DNA of 64,000 nucleotides from a candidate division WWE3 bacterium RAAC2_WWE3_1 (GCA_000503835.1 CP006914.1:303341-367340), one strand, 5' to 3'; numbered from the stretch's first letter, positions 24,433-35,415 are shown. Notes: a model not told the origin generated them from the letters alone. Numbers and translations: made by a program.

Positions 24433-26661
24433 TCAGACCGATAAAAGCTCTTTCTCGGACCTTTTCAGCAGTACAGCATTTGTAGCAACAATTATAGAAG
24501 AAGCTGACATCAGCAGCGCAGAAAATTCCGGACGTAAAGTAATTCCATAGCTGGTATATAGAACACCTGCAGCGACAGGGATTGCCAATACATTGTATAC
24601 GCTGGCCCAGACCAGATTTTGCTTCATTTTTCTGACCGTAGCTTTGCTGAGTCTGATCGCATTTAATATATCCCACGGGTCCGACCTCATCAGAACGATG
24701 TCGGCGGTTTCAATAGCTACGTCTGTTCCGGCACCGATGGCAATACCTATGTCGGCCTGAGCTAAAGCGGGAGCATCGTTTACACCGTCGCCCACCATTG
24801 CCACAAACTTTCCTTCGCTTTGCAATTGTTTTACATATTTAGCTTTATCTTCGGGCAGTACCTCCGAAAAAACCCGGTCAATTCCGAGGTTTTTGCCGAT
24901 AGTTTCGGCAGTTTTTTTGTTATCCCCCGTTATCATGGCTACTTCCAGTCCCAAGTCTTTCATACTTTTTATAGCTCTCCCGGCTGTCGGTTTTACGGTA
25001 TCCGCTGCCGCGGCTATCCCCGCCACGTTACCGTCTATCGCGAGTATCATCAGTGTCTTACCTTCGTTCAAAAGTCTGTTTATATCCGCCTCAAGAGGAG
25101 AAATATCGACATTTCTGTCGCGCATTAACTTTATAGTCCCGACAAGTATACTTTTACCTTCCACTACAGCCTCTACGCCGTGACCGGAAATATTATTAAA
25201 GTTTCGGATATCTTCAGGAATAGCAATGCTTCTTTTTTTCACCTCTTCCAGTACGGCGAGGCTTAAAGGATGGCCTGATTTCGCTTCGGCGGCACTTGTC
25301 AGTCTCAGTACTTCGTTTTCCTCGTTGCCTTTATTGGCAACAACGTCCGTAATTACCGGTTTTCCTTCCGTGAGCGTACCTGTTTTATCCAGTACAACCA
25401 CCTGAATTTTCGAGGCTTGTTCCAGGGTAGTTGCGTTCTTGATAAGAATATTGTGCTTGGCTCCGATACCGGTTCCGACGGCGACTGCTGTCGGTGTCGC
25501 AAGCCCCAATGCATCGGGGCAGGCTATTACTATAGCGGACACGGCAAAGGTTAATGCAAAAAGCAGAGTCTGTCCTGCCGCAAAATACCAATAACCGAAG
25601 GTCACAACTCCTGCTCCTACAGCTAACAGCACTAAATATTGGGCGGCCTTGTCGGCTATTCTCTGACCGGGAGCCTTCGAATTTTGCGCGACCTCGACCA
25701 GTTTTACTATCTGAGCAAGAGCCGTGTCACTTCCTACTTTGGTGGCTTTAAATTGAAGGGAGCCCGATTGGTTGATTGAACCTCCTATTACGGTGTCACC
25801 GATCTTTTTTGACACCGGAATCGACTCTCCCGTGACGAGAGATTCGTCGATCGCTGTCTCGCCCTGTATAACTTCACCATCGACAGGCACCTTGTCCCCG
25901 GGTTTAAGGATAATTACGTCCCCGACGGTTACTTCTGCTGTCGGCACCAATATCTCTTTTCCGTCCCTTATGACCCTCGCCTGCGGGGGAACCAAATCAA
26001 ATAAAGCCCGTAATGCCTCCGAGGTGCCTCTTCGGGATTTCATTTCCATCCAGTGACCAAAAAGCACAAAAGTGACCAAAAGAGCCGCGGCTTCAAAGAA
26101 AGTCTCTCCGCCGACAAACAGGGTAATAACAACACTAAAGAGGTAAGCGGCAAAAACACCGGTGGCGATCAGAACCATCATGTTAAGGGTTTTGCTTTTT
26201 AAAGCTTGGTAGGCACCGATTGGAAAAATAGAACCAAACTTAAACACCACGGGGGTTGTTAAAAGAAATAATAACCAGTTGTGGGGTATAGGAGTCGGCA
26301 ATCTTATTCCTAAAAAGTCAGTAAAAACCGGGGAATAAAGGAAAATGGGAATAGAAAAAATCAGTGACCACAGGAAACGGTTACGCATGTCTTTTTCCAT
26401 AAAGGCCGCCATACTAGGATCGGTCATTGCTTTTTCGTGGTCTTCGTGGCTCATTTTGCTCATGTCGTGCCCGTTGTTGCCCGCGCCGCCCGTGTCATGC
26501 TTCCCATGGCTATTGTTCATGTCATGGCCGTTATGTTCCATACCGGCCATCCCGCGACCATCTTGTTTCTGCATGTTGCTGTGGTCGTGCCCTGCCCCCA
26601 AATGCTCCGCCTCCGAATGCTCTGTCCCTGAATGCTTCATTTTAGAATGATCCATGTTCAT
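24433..26661 (-). CDS. P1B heavy-metal (copper) ATPase with His/Met-rich N-terminus (CopB-like)
   Basis: His/Met-rich N-terminus, TGES, ACPDALGLATP, DKTGTLT, HP, GDGVND, YN, MSASS. Confidence 0.92.
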   Translation of the reverse strand: MNMDHSKMKHSGTEHSEAEHLGAGHDHSNMQKQDGRGMAGMEHNGHDMNNSHGKHDTGGAGNNGHDMSKMSHEDHEKAMTDPSMAAFMEKDMRNRFLWSLIFSIPIFLYSPVFTDFLGIRLPTPIPHNWLLFLLTTPVVFKFGSIFPIGAYQALKSKTLNMMVLIATGVFAAYLFSVVITLFVGGETFFEAAALLVTFVLFGHWMEMKSRRGTSEALRALFDLVPPQARVIRDGKEILVPTAEVTVGDVIILKPGDKVPVDGEVIQGETAIDESLVTGESIPVSKKIGDTVIGGSINQSGSLQFKATKVGSDTALAQIVKLVEVAQNSKAPGQRIADKAAQYLVLLAVGAGVVTFGYWYFAAGQTLLFALTFAVSAIVIACPDALGLATPTAVAVGTGIGAKHNILIKNATTLEQASKIQVVVLDKTGTLTEGKPVITDVVANKGNEENEVLRLTSAAEAKSGHPLSLAVLEEVKKRSIAIPEDIRNFNNISGHGVEAVVEGKSILVGTIKLMRDRNVDISPLEADINRLLNEGKTLMILAIDGNVAGIAAAADTVKPTAGRAIKSMKDLGLEVAMITGDNKKTAETIGKNLGIDRVFSEVLPEDKAKYVKQLQSEGKFVAMVGDGVNDAPALAQADIGIAIGAGTDVAIETADIVLMRSDPWDILNAIRLSKATVRKMKQNLVWASVYNVLAIPVAAGVLYTSYGITLRPEFSALLMSASSIIVATNAVLLKRSEKELLSV

Positions 26662-26810
26662 TTAGTCTCCTTATGATAGAAATAAACCTAATATTGTATA
26701 TAATACATTGATAGCAACAAATATGATACACTTAACGGTCGTGATCCGTGTATTATTTACTGCCTAACCCATCCGAAGATGTCACAGGCACTTTAAGTAT
26801 AAGGTAGATA

Positions 26811-28253
26811 ATGTCTAAAAAAATCAGAACAATCGAACATTCCGCCCGTAAAAGCGTACACAAAAGTAAAATAGTGCCCATCAAAGGCATGCATTGCCGT
26901 TCCTGTGAAATCTTAATCGAAGATGAACTCCTAAAGGTACCCGGGGTTCATAAAGTTAACGTGAGCGAGAAAAAAGGAACCGCACACATATTCTATGACG
27001 GGGAAGTGGCCGACGAACATATTGAAAAAGCTGTGTACGACTGCGGTTATAGTATAGGTAAGGACTCTAAAAGCTGGGTCTCAAAAAACCCCGTAGATTA
27101 CGAGGATTTGATCAAAGCCGGTATTGCTCTGGCTTTTGTCTACTTTATTGCAAAAGGATTAGGATTTTTTAATATTTCTTTTGGCTCGACGAACGATCTT
27201 ACGAGTCTTTCCGTTGTCTTTTTGGTGGGACTCACCGCGGGTCTTTCTACATGCATGGCCTTGGTGGGAGGATTGGTTCTGGGAGTTTCCGCAAGATTCT
27301 CGGAGAAACACCCTTACGCAAATTCATTGCAAAAGTTTAAACCTCATCTTGTATTCAACGCGGGAAGAATCTTTTTCTTTGTGGTACTCGGGGGTTTAAT
27401 CGGATATTTCGGCTCTTTTTTACAGCTGGGACCTTCTTCAGTGGGTTTTTTAACTATTCTCGTAGGAATTGTGATGTTGCTGCTTGGCCTGCAAACAATC
27501 GGGATATTTCCATGGTTCGAAAGAATAAAGTTTACTTTGCCGAAAGGTCTTTATAAGCTGGCCGGGATCAATACTCAGAAAAAGGAAAAATACAGTAACG
27601 GGAGCTCTTTTGTTCTCGGCGGTCTGACTTTCTTTCTACCCTGCGGATTTACGCAGGCTATGCAACTTTACGCAATCTCCAGCGGCAGTATACTAACAGG
27701 AGCTTTAACGATGGGCGTTTTTGCGTTGGGTACAGCTCCCGGGCTTTTGAGCGTCGGCGGACTGACCGCCTTGATAAAAGGCGCGTTCGCCAAACCGTTC
27801 TTCAAGTTTGTCGGTCTGATGGTTATGGGCTTGTCCGTATTTAATATTTCAAACGGACTAAATCTTGCGGGAGTGACTCTTCCTGTATTTGGCGCCGTAA
27901 AAACTGTTTCCGCCACTCCGACGCCTGCCATATACGATCCTAACGTAACGCTGGAAAACGGTGTGCAGGTCGTGAGGATGGCACAAAATTACAACGGATA
28001 CTCACCACGGGCGTTTACCATACAAAAAGGAGTGCCTGTAAAATGGGTTATAACGTCCACAAATTCAAACTCTTGTGCGGCAAGTATTTTTTCTGCACAG
28101 CTTGGAATTAGACAATATCTGAAGCTAGGTGAAAATATTATTGAATTTACACCCACGGATACAGGAAGTATTAAATTTTCCTGCAGTATGGGAATGTACG
28201 TCGGCTCGTTTAACGTGGTTGACGCATCGGTCGCCGGTTCAAAGAACCGCTAG
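26811..28253 (+). CDS. HMA + DsbD_2/TauE-like membrane domain + cupredoxin-like domain protein
   Basis: GMHCRSC, STCMALVGG, FFLPCG, FSCSMGM. Confidence 0.88.
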   Translation: MSKKIRTIEHSARKSVHKSKIVPIKGMHCRSCEILIEDELLKVPGVHKVNVSEKKGTAHIFYDGEVADEHIEKAVYDCGYSIGKDSKSWVSKNPVDYEDLIKAGIALAFVYFIAKGLGFFNISFGSTNDLTSLSVVFLVGLTAGLSTCMALVGGLVLGVSARFSEKHPYANSLQKFKPHLVFNAGRIFFFVVLGGLIGYFGSFLQLGPSSVGFLTILVGIVMLLLGLQTIGIFPWFERIKFTLPKGLYKLAGINTQKKEKYSNGSSFVLGGLTFFLPCGFTQAMQLYAISSGSILTGALTMGVFALGTAPGLLSVGGLTALIKGAFAKPFFKFVGLMVMGLSVFNISNGLNLAGVTLPVFGAVKTVSATPTPAIYDPNVTLENGVQVVRMAQNYNGYSPRAFTIQKGVPVKWVITSTNSNSCAASIFSAQLGIRQYLKLGENIIEFTPTDTGSIKFSCSMGMYVGSFNVVDASVAGSKNR

Positions 28254-28275
28254 TGCCGGAGATGGAAAAATAATT

Positions 28276-28491
28276 ATGAACTATAAAATACAGCTGGAAA
28301 ATTTGCACTGCAATTCCTGCAAGAAAATTGCAGAAAAAAGACTCGGAAAAATAGAAGGAGTTACGTCCGTTGAAGTAACTATGGAAGATCAGACTGCGCT
28401 TGTACATACCGAACAACCTTTAAGTCTGTTGCAGACAGAGGACGCTCTGAAGGATACCGACTATAAAGTTACGGCTTTTACCGAGATCTAA
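28276..28491 (+). CDS. copZ: Copper chaperone (CopZ-like HMA protein)
   Basis: NLHCNSC, 71 aa. Confidence 0.8.
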   Translation: MNYKIQLENLHCNSCKKIAEKRLGKIEGVTSVEVTMEDQTALVHTEQPLSLLQTEDALKDTDYKVTAFTEI

Positions 28492-28492
28492 T

Positions 28493-31231
28493 ATGCAAAA
28501 GTTATTAAAACTAAAAATTGAAGGAATGCATTGCGCTTCCTGCGAAACTCTAATAAGGGATGAGCTGAGTGAACTCAAAGGCGTAAGCGACATAAAAGTT
28601 GACGCAAACCTGGGGGAGGGAAGTGTGTTGCTTGAGACCGACACCAATAGCATAGCTGACGTTTTGTCTGCGGTAGAAAAAGCCGGTTACAAAGCTGTGG
28701 CGGATGAGTCCGCCCGGGAAGCTGTGAAAAGTGATTCCGCTGTAATAGAACCGTCCGGCATACAACCCGCAACCGCTGCCACCAACCTGACATCAACTGC
28801 GGAACGTCCGAAAGGAATAAACAGAATTTCACTGGACATAGAAGGCATGCACTGTTCCTCATGCGCCGCGATAATCGAGAAATCCTTAAGCAAGGTCGAT
28901 GGAGTTAAAGATGCTAATGTGAATTTTGCCGCCGAGAAAGCAAGCGTGGTGATGGACGAATCGGTGGCTGATAAAAATTTACTATTAAAAGCCGTAGAAA
29001 AAGCCGGTTATAAGGCTTCAGTGTCCCAACAAAACCAGTCGGACAGTGATAAAGAAAAACAACAAAATCATATAAAAGTTATGTTCGACAAATTTCTGAT
29101 TAGCCTTGCTCTGAGTATCCCCATGATCTATTTCATGATGTTCGATTTTTTTGTAAATTTTCCCGGACGTGCGATGTTGTTGCCTTATGTTGGAATAATA
29201 TCTTTCATACTTACAACCCCGGTTCAGTTCATCATAGGAAAAGGTTTCTATAAAGGAATGTTCTCAGCCCTCAGAATGAAGACTTTTAACATGGACAGTT
29301 TGATAGCTATCGGTACGTCGGTCGCATATTTTTATAGTGTCATTAACTTCACAGCTTACTATCTGGCGACAAAATCCATAATAGGTGTGGGTGGAGTAAA
29401 GATTCCCGAACTATACTTTGAAACCGCTGCCTTTTTGATAACGTTTGTTATCTTAGGTAAATGGCTTGAGGCAAAAGCTAAAGGAAGGACGTCGGACGCC
29501 ATAAAAAAACTTATGGGTCTGCAGGCCAAAACGGCCAGAGTTGTCCGAAACGGGTTCACGGAGGATATTCCTACGGGTCAAGTCGTGGTTGGTGATATTG
29601 TTGTGGTCAGGCCGGGAGAAAAAGTCCCTGTTGACGGTGAAGTGGTAAAAGGCTCGTCTGCCGTCGATGAATCGATGATTACGGGAGAAAGCCTGCCCGT
29701 CGAAAAACGTGAGGGTGATACGGTCGTAGGAGGAACAATAAATAAAACGGGGAGTTTTGAATTTAAGGCTACGCGTGTCGGTTCCGAAACTACACTTTCT
29801 CAAATAATACGTTTAGTTGAGGATGCGCAGGGGTCGAAAGCACCAATTCAGGCAGTAGCCGATAAAATTTCGGCCGTTTTCGTTCCGACGGTTCTTATAC
29901 TGGCCGTTGTAACATTTGTAGTCTGGTACTTCATGCTCGATGCGACCTTATCTTTTTCCCTAATGGCGTTCACATCAGTAATTGTTATCGCGTGTCCGTG
30001 CGCACTGGGACTCGCCACACCTACATCAATTATGGTCGGAACAGGCAAGGGGGCTGAGAACGGCATACTCGTTAAGGGAGGGGAGCCTCTGGAATCTGCC
30101 GTTAAGATAAAAATTATTGTTTTCGATAAGACCGGAACGATCACAAAAGGTAAACCCGAGGTAACCGACACAATAAGTTTTGATTCACTAAATGAAAGGG
30201 ACCTCTTACAAATCGCCGCAAGTCTGGAAAAACAATCGGAACATCCTCTAGCCGAGGCTATATATACCCACGCACAGGATGAAGGCCTAAGCTTTAGCGA
30301 GGTTTCAGCTTTTAAAGCTATTCCGGGGCACGGCGTTGAAGGAACGATAGCCGGCACGACCTACTATTTCGGCAACAGAAAACTAATTAATGACGTACTA
30401 AACCTCCCCACATCTCTGATAGAACCGCAACTTTCCGGGCTGGAAGAACAGGGCAAGACTGCGATGATTCTTGCCACAAAAGGCTCGGTTCTCGGAACAG
30501 TGGCGGTGGCCGATACTGTTAAAGACACATCAAAAGAAGCTGTGGACAGATTAAAAAAGCTCGGTATCGAGGTTTACATGATAACCGGCGATAACGAACG
30601 AACCGCCAGGGCAATTGCGGCACAGGTAGGAATCATAAATGTTCTCGCTGAAGTTTTGCCCGAAGATAAAGCGAATGAAGTTAAAAAACTACAGATGACC
30701 GGGAAAAAAGTAGCGATGGTAGGTGATGGAATTAACGACGCCCCGGCACTTGCCCAGGCAAATTTAGGAATAGCCATGGGTTCAGGTACGGACGTTGCCA
30801 TGGAAGCTGGGGGAATAGTAATAATAAGAAACGATCTGAGGGATGTTGTTAATGCGATCGACCTGTCTAAAGCAACCGTAGGTAAAATTAAACAGAACAT
30901 GTTCTTTGCCCTGTTCTACAATGTGATAGGAATTCCGATAGCCGCACGTGTATTTATCAGCCTAGGATTAGTTCTAAAACCCGAGCTTGCGGGTCTTGCA
31001 ATGGCATTAAGTTCCATCTCGGTCGTTACTAACTCATTGACCCTGCGCGGATACAAACCCGGAAAACGAAACTGGATCTCGACACTAGCTCCGATAATAA
31101 TGATTGCCCTATTTACGGGGCTATTCTTTGAATTTGCAAAGTTCAGTTCTTCTATGGCGAAACCCGCCGAGGGCGCGAACGGCATGAAGCAGTTAGACGT
31201 ACCGTCCGCCGAAATGCAGAGCGGCCGCTAG
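28493..31231 (+). CDS. copA: Copper-exporting P1B-1 ATPase with two HMA domains
   Basis: GMHCASC and GMHCSSC, CPC, DKTGT, SEHPLA, GDGIND, YN, MALSS. Confidence 0.94.
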   Translation: MQKLLKLKIEGMHCASCETLIRDELSELKGVSDIKVDANLGEGSVLLETDTNSIADVLSAVEKAGYKAVADESAREAVKSDSAVIEPSGIQPATAATNLTSTAERPKGINRISLDIEGMHCSSCAAIIEKSLSKVDGVKDANVNFAAEKASVVMDESVADKNLLLKAVEKAGYKASVSQQNQSDSDKEKQQNHIKVMFDKFLISLALSIPMIYFMMFDFFVNFPGRAMLLPYVGIISFILTTPVQFIIGKGFYKGMFSALRMKTFNMDSLIAIGTSVAYFYSVINFTAYYLATKSIIGVGGVKIPELYFETAAFLITFVILGKWLEAKAKGRTSDAIKKLMGLQAKTARVVRNGFTEDIPTGQVVVGDIVVVRPGEKVPVDGEVVKGSSAVDESMITGESLPVEKREGDTVVGGTINKTGSFEFKATRVGSETTLSQIIRLVEDAQGSKAPIQAVADKISAVFVPTVLILAVVTFVVWYFMLDATLSFSLMAFTSVIVIACPCALGLATPTSIMVGTGKGAENGILVKGGEPLESAVKIKIIVFDKTGTITKGKPEVTDTISFDSLNERDLLQIAASLEKQSEHPLAEAIYTHAQDEGLSFSEVSAFKAIPGHGVEGTIAGTTYYFGNRKLINDVLNLPTSLIEPQLSGLEEQGKTAMILATKGSVLGTVAVADTVKDTSKEAVDRLKKLGIEVYMITGDNERTARAIAAQVGIINVLAEVLPEDKANEVKKLQMTGKKVAMVGDGINDAPALAQANLGIAMGSGTDVAMEAGGIVIIRNDLRDVVNAIDLSKATVGKIKQNMFFALFYNVIGIPIAARVFISLGLVLKPELAGLAMALSSISVVTNSLTLRGYKPGKRNWISTLAPIIMIALFTGLFFEFAKFSSSMAKPAEGANGMKQLDVPSAEMQSGR

Positions 31232-31276
31232 CTTTTGCAGAGTCAGGCGGGGTGGGTATGGTGATACAATAAAGAC

Positions 31277-31594
31277 ATGCTAAACAAGTTCTCAGCACCG
31301 TTTCTGGCTTTTTTACAGGCAAGTGCTTTGGTGACCTACCTAATTCTAATTTCCTTCTTTTTTAACTTCGTAACCCCGTTGTTTAATAACAAAACCGGCG
31401 AATTTTATGCGCCGATAATAATGCTTCTTCTATTCGTATTCTCCGCGCTTATTTCCGGAATGATGATACTCGGAAGGGCAGGAGTACTTTTTTGGGAAAA
31501 GAAATACAAAGAATCTTTCACATTATTAGGGTGGACAACTGTCTGGGGATTTTTTTACTTTGTTATGATGTTGTACCTTCTGCAATTTAAGTAA
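31277..31594 (+). CDS. Small membrane protein (3 TM)
   Basis: Hydrophobic ORF; TACAAT-6 nt-ATG. Confidence 0.75.
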   Translation: MLNKFSAPFLAFLQASALVTYLILISFFFNFVTPLFNNKTGEFYAPIIMLLLFVFSALISGMMILGRAGVLFWEKKYKESFTLLGWTTVWGFFYFVMMLYLLQFK

Positions 31595-31697
31595 ACCGGA
31601 TAAAAAACAATCCGCGTTGCTTTACTTTTCCGGAAATTTTTATAATACTATAAGTATAGTGAATATAAATATTCATGAAGTTTAGTTAGTAGTATTG

Positions 31698-31724
31698 AAT
31701 CCGCTTTAATGCGGATTTTTTTTA
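31698..31724 (+). terminator. Terminator-like hairpin in the leader of 31756
   Basis: AATCCGC-TTTAAT-GCGGATT followed by a T run. Confidence 0.55.
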
Positions 31725-31755
31725 TTTATTTCTTGGATTGGGAGGTGAATAGGTT

Positions 31756-32775
31756 ATGAAGAAATTATTGTTTTTTGTAGTTACATTTATCGCCGTTTTC
31801 GCTGTGAGCGTACACCCAGCAGTAGCAGCGAAGCCTTTAGATAACTGCCATTACGTGGTAGACGGTAATATACCTTATCCCGCAGGACACACCCTAGCCG
31901 ACGATTACATAACAACCGGATACGATATTTTTGGGTACAACTACCAAGCTCATGTATTCAACGGTACTTACGCGAATGCGTATCTTGGTAGATCTGGTTT
32001 TCCTCCTTATACAGGAGAAGATGAATCTTATCTTCTTGCGAATCCTACAGCAAAAACCACGTGGATGTGGCCCTTCAGAAATGTGAACCTGCAAATGAAA
32101 TGGAACGACGCTTGGCTAGCTAACAAGGACTGTGGACCCGACGGTACACTTGATCGACCCGACCCAGTGTTAGGTTCCGGTGCTTGGTTAACTAATCACG
32201 CAACGGGTACTTATACCAGCTCAACAGACTATAGATGGGATATTTCTGGTACCTGGCTACTTGATTTTGCCGGAGGTACTGATAACAGAGAATTCCGTAG
32301 CTTAGTTCAAGATGTTGATGGTAATGTAACAGGAGAATTTTGGTGGCTAAATGGAGCCAACTTTGAGTATGGCGGAACGTTGGAAGGTACTTTAGTGGAT
32401 GATACTTTAACCCTACATTACGTAAGACCTGCTCCTTATACGTATTTTGGAGATTTTGTGGGTACTGTAGGTGTTGATGAAATAACCGCTGGCTCCTTTA
32501 GTGATAGTGATGGTAATGACTTACTTTGGACAGCAACCGGAGCATCGCAGCAAGTCTATGATACCTGTACAGTCAGCGATTTTGTGAAAATAATCGCTCC
32601 TCCATTAGATGCTAAAGTATTTGGTAGTAAGTGGTACACAGTTGACAATGCTGAGATCGGCCCTGTTATTTGGGGTGATTTTGCTATTATTCAGGAAATA
32701 GCGAGCGATCCTTGTGGAGAGTATGGGGTTATTGACTATATGAGCCCTTTAAGAAAAGGTCTTGGTAATTGGTAA
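31756..32775 (+). CDS. Secreted hypothetical protein
   Basis: Sec signal (AVAA), GGAGGTG RBS. Confidence 0.8.
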   Translation: MKKLLFFVVTFIAVFAVSVHPAVAAKPLDNCHYVVDGNIPYPAGHTLADDYITTGYDIFGYNYQAHVFNGTYANAYLGRSGFPPYTGEDESYLLANPTAKTTWMWPFRNVNLQMKWNDAWLANKDCGPDGTLDRPDPVLGSGAWLTNHATGTYTSSTDYRWDISGTWLLDFAGGTDNREFRSLVQDVDGNVTGEFWWLNGANFEYGGTLEGTLVDDTLTLHYVRPAPYTYFGDFVGTVGVDEITAGSFSDSDGNDLLWTATGASQQVYDTCTVSDFVKIIAPPLDAKVFGSKWYTVDNAEIGPVIWGDFAIIQEIASDPCGEYGVIDYMSPLRKGLGNW

Positions 32776-32801
32776 TAGTTTTTAGGAAACAAGTGATAAC
32801 A

Positions 32802-32829
32802 GCAACCCATCGGAAACGGTGGGTTGTTT
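32802..32829 (+). terminator. Intrinsic terminator
   Basis: CAACCCATCG-GAAA-CGGTGGGTTG-TTT. Confidence 0.7.
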
Positions 32830-32927
32830 GTATTATTTTATTAACAAGCGTTAAATAAGTTCCCACTAGTCACCGTACTGCTGCTAAGTAATCTACGCCA
32901 CTTGACGTTATATGTACATTTTTGTAG

Positions 32928-33449
32928 TTGTTAAATTTGAAAAAGAATGTTTCTGGAAAAGATATTGTTATTGAAACGATGCCCTTTCCAAACGAACTTA
33001 AGGCATGGTGTTATGCACACACTGAATTTTTGGCGGTTTTAAAAAATGTATATTTAGCAAAATTCATCTCTCTTAATGCAATCGCGACCTCGTACCCAAC
33101 ACAATCCCCACAGGACCAGGTTATCGGTGTTTATACACACGACTGTATTAGAAAAAACCCTATATTTAAACAAGACTTTATCGTAAATAAGGAATTTACC
33201 CTATATACTATAAATAAAAACGGAAATAACAGTAAATATGTCAAAGATATTAGTAGGTTTTATCAAAAAAATGGTACCACCGGTGATTGTGTAAATAGCC
33301 ACCATTTAACACTAGATCAATTACCGGAAGAATTAAGACCTAGGGGAATACATGCGATTGATCTGGCAAATAAAATAGTCGCAAAAGGCACTGTAAGAAA
33401 AACCTCAAAGAAATTAATAGAGATAAAAAAGAATCCCACAACGATGTAA
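32928..33449 (+). CDS. Hypothetical protein (AT-rich; start may be 32979)
   Basis: 173 aa ORF with no recognised motif. Confidence 0.6.
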   Translation: MLNLKKNVSGKDIVIETMPFPNELKAWCYAHTEFLAVLKNVYLAKFISLNAIATSYPTQSPQDQVIGVYTHDCIRKNPIFKQDFIVNKEFTLYTINKNGNNSKYVKDISRFYQKNGTTGDCVNSHHLTLDQLPEELRPRGIHAIDLANKIVAKGTVRKTSKKLIEIKKNPTTM

Positions 33450-33520
33450 TAGAATTAAAATAATGTTTTAGAAAGACAACTACCAATAACAAGCCTATAA
33501 TTAATACAACAGAGAAGGGA

Positions 33521-33742
33521 GTGAACATGCTCACGTTACAATGGCGGATAGTTTACGAGAAAGAGTGCGGGGATATGGGAGAAGACTGTTTAGAAGTGAC
33601 GGATCGTGATTTCAACATGGTTTTCTCTGCATACTCGCAGAAGTTGAAAGAACTTTCCGCTAAAACAATCGTTGTAAGTGAATTTTTGGGAGCAAAAGAA
33701 ACAGAGAGCGCTGTTGCTAATGAGCCGGTTTACAGCACATAG
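33521..33742 (+). CDS. Small hypothetical protein
   Basis: AAGGGAG RBS; followed by a terminator. Confidence 0.6.
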   Translation: MNMLTLQWRIVYEKECGDMGEDCLEVTDRDFNMVFSAYSQKLKELSAKTIVVSEFLGAKETESAVANEPVYST

Positions 33743-33746
33743 CACG

Positions 33747-33783
33747 AAAAACCACCTTTAATTAAGTCAAAAGGTGGTTTTTT
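33747..33783. terminator. Bidirectional terminator
   Basis: AAAACCACCTTT...AAAGGTGGTTTT. Confidence 0.7.
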
Positions 33784-33797
33784 CTTTATATACTCGC

Positions 33798-34046
33798 TTA
33801 ACCGCGAATGAGTCGTCCTAAGGCAATTAGGACAACTGCTCCGATTATGGCAACGAAGAAGCTATAGAGATTAAATCCCGTAACTCCTGACTGTCCGAGC
33901 ATGTTCATGAGGTAACCTCCGACGACAGCCCCGACTACTCCCAAAAGTATGTCTAGCAACGTCCCCTGATTACGGTCTGTTTTCATCAGAATAGACGCGA
34001 TCCATCCCGCTAAACCTCCGAAAATTATCCAAAGTAAAATACCCAT
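33798..34046 (-). CDS. GlsB/YeaQ/YmgE (transglycosylase-associated) membrane protein
   Basis: WIIFGGLAGWIA...I.LGVVGAVVGG...AIIGAVVL. Confidence 0.9.
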   Translation of the reverse strand: MGILLWIIFGGLAGWIASILMKTDRNQGTLLDILLGVVGAVVGGYLMNMLGQSGVTGFNLYSFFVAIIGAVVLIALGRLIRG

Positions 34047-34124
34047 ATTCTTTCACCACCTTAGATTTACAAATTTATATATGTTACGTCTGATTGTTTT
34101 TCTTCAAGTCAGACCGATGCTTTA

Positions 34125-34373
34125 TTATTGCGCCGGTGTTGTGGGTGTCGTTTCTACCTTTATAGTGTCGGGTAGAACTACCTGAGGTGCTGGAACGTTC
34201 ACTTGAAGCGGTCCCATATTTTTAATGGCCGGAATTCCAAAATACAAAACTATTCCCAGAAATACCACAATTATTACTGCGCCAAGAAAAAATCCTGTAC
34301 CGCTGCTGTCTTCTCTTTCTATAACCGGAACTGTAGCTCCCTGCGGAGCCTGATTATTTACTACTGTCGTCAT
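34125..34373 (-). CDS. Small single-TM protein
   Basis: GAGGTG RBS; one TM. Confidence 0.7.
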   Translation of the reverse strand: MTTVVNNQAPQGATVPVIEREDSSGTGFFLGAVIIVVFLGIVLYFGIPAIKNMGPLQVNVPAPQVVLPDTIKVETTPTTPAQ

Positions 34374-34443
34374 ATGTCTTTCACCTCATTCTTACTTACA
34401 AATTGTTACCACTCGTCCCGTATACCCTGACTATGTGTTTTAG

Positions 34444-34629
34444 TTAATGATTAAAATCTACTTCGATATCGGCCTTTTTGATTATAGTTTCTTTGGGAAG
34501 ATAGTTGATCAGGGCTTTCTCAACAAGCGTGGTCAAAGTCAAATCTTCTAAGATAGCCTGGGCTCTTGCAAATTTAACTAGCGAGGGTCTGATAAAAAGT
34601 GTGATTCGTTGTAGATCTTTAGTTGTCAT
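34444..34629 (-). CDS. Small ribbon-helix-helix-like DNA-binding protein
   Basis: RITLFI beta strand followed by two helices (...LVEKALINYL); TTGACA-17-TAGTGT promoter. Confidence 0.55.
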   Translation of the reverse strand: MTTKDLQRITLFIRPSLVKFARAQAILEDLTLTTLVEKALINYLPKETIIKKADIEVDFNH

Positions 34630-34760
34630 ACTTCATACACTACACCTAGTTGTATTGGTTGTCAATGTTTTATTTGATAATTACGCCAAAAATACCAATT
34701 ATTAAGAAGCCTTAGTTTGAAAGATAAAAAAACTTCTAAAGATTAACCAGTTGCCGAATC

Positions 34761-35090
34761 TTATCTTAAAAACGAATTATCCTGTATAAACTTTTCCTGA
34801 CATCCGCGTGCACACAAATCGTTTTCCTTGCTAGTGCTACACGCACTAATACAGTTATTTAACGGTCTGAGCTTATCATCAAGGGTAGGGTCGACAAACA
34901 CAGCTATTACCGAAAAGTAAATAATTCCCAGTAATATGGGCAGGGCGGTGAGCGCCAGTTTTACCCGAAGTTTCCATTTAGGCCAGAACCACATGACTAT
35001 TATTCCAAGCGGGTAGAAAAATAGAAGAAGAAAAACTGTTACTTTATGAGCCTGTGTCGTTTCTTTTTTCTGAGTCGGTTTTGGTTCCAT
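34761..35090 (-). CDS. Membrane hypothetical protein with Cys-rich C-terminus
   Basis: 2 TM; CxxxC...CxxxC. Confidence 0.7.
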   Translation of the reverse strand: MEPKPTQKKETTQAHKVTVFLLLFFYPLGIIVMWFWPKWKLRVKLALTALPILLGIIYFSVIAVFVDPTLDDKLRPLNNCISACSTSKENDLCARGCQEKFIQDNSFLR

Positions 35091-35169
35091 GTTTAAAGTA
35101 TACTCACAAATAGTCTAATAAACTTACCCGATCCGAATGTACCACGCCGACAAAAAATATTAAACAAAC

Positions 35170-35415
35170 TCACTCCATCAAATCCTTTTTCTTCTCCTCG
35201 AACTCATTCTTGTCGATCTCGCCCTTTGCGTATCTTTCTTTGAGTATCTCGAGGGGTGTTTTACTTTTTGGACCGTCGTTTCGGTTATCCCTCTCAGACC
35301 TAAAAATAACCCGCACAACCTCAATGCCTCCGATGATCAGAAGGATCCAAAAAAGCAACATAAAGACCCACCCGAAAATGCCCCAATCCATCATGTTATA
35401 AAATCCGTACATCAT
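35170..35415 (-). CDS. SHOCT domain membrane protein
   Basis: PLEILKERYAKGEIDKNEFEEKK. Confidence 0.88.
   Translation of the reverse strand: MMYGFYNMMDWGIFGWVFMLLFWILLIIGGIEVVRVIFRSERDNRNDGPKSKTPLEILKERYAKGEIDKNEFEEKKKDLME

Noticed and set aside
26400-26661. Repetitive CAT/ATG-rich stretch with several overlapping ORFs
   Set aside because: Explained by the His/Met-rich N-terminus of the P1B ATPase; not a DNA repeat array.
10802-31185. Numerous 60-176 aa antisense ORFs inside ACD, korA and the P-type ATPases
   Set aside because: Typical antisense shadows of long conserved genes.
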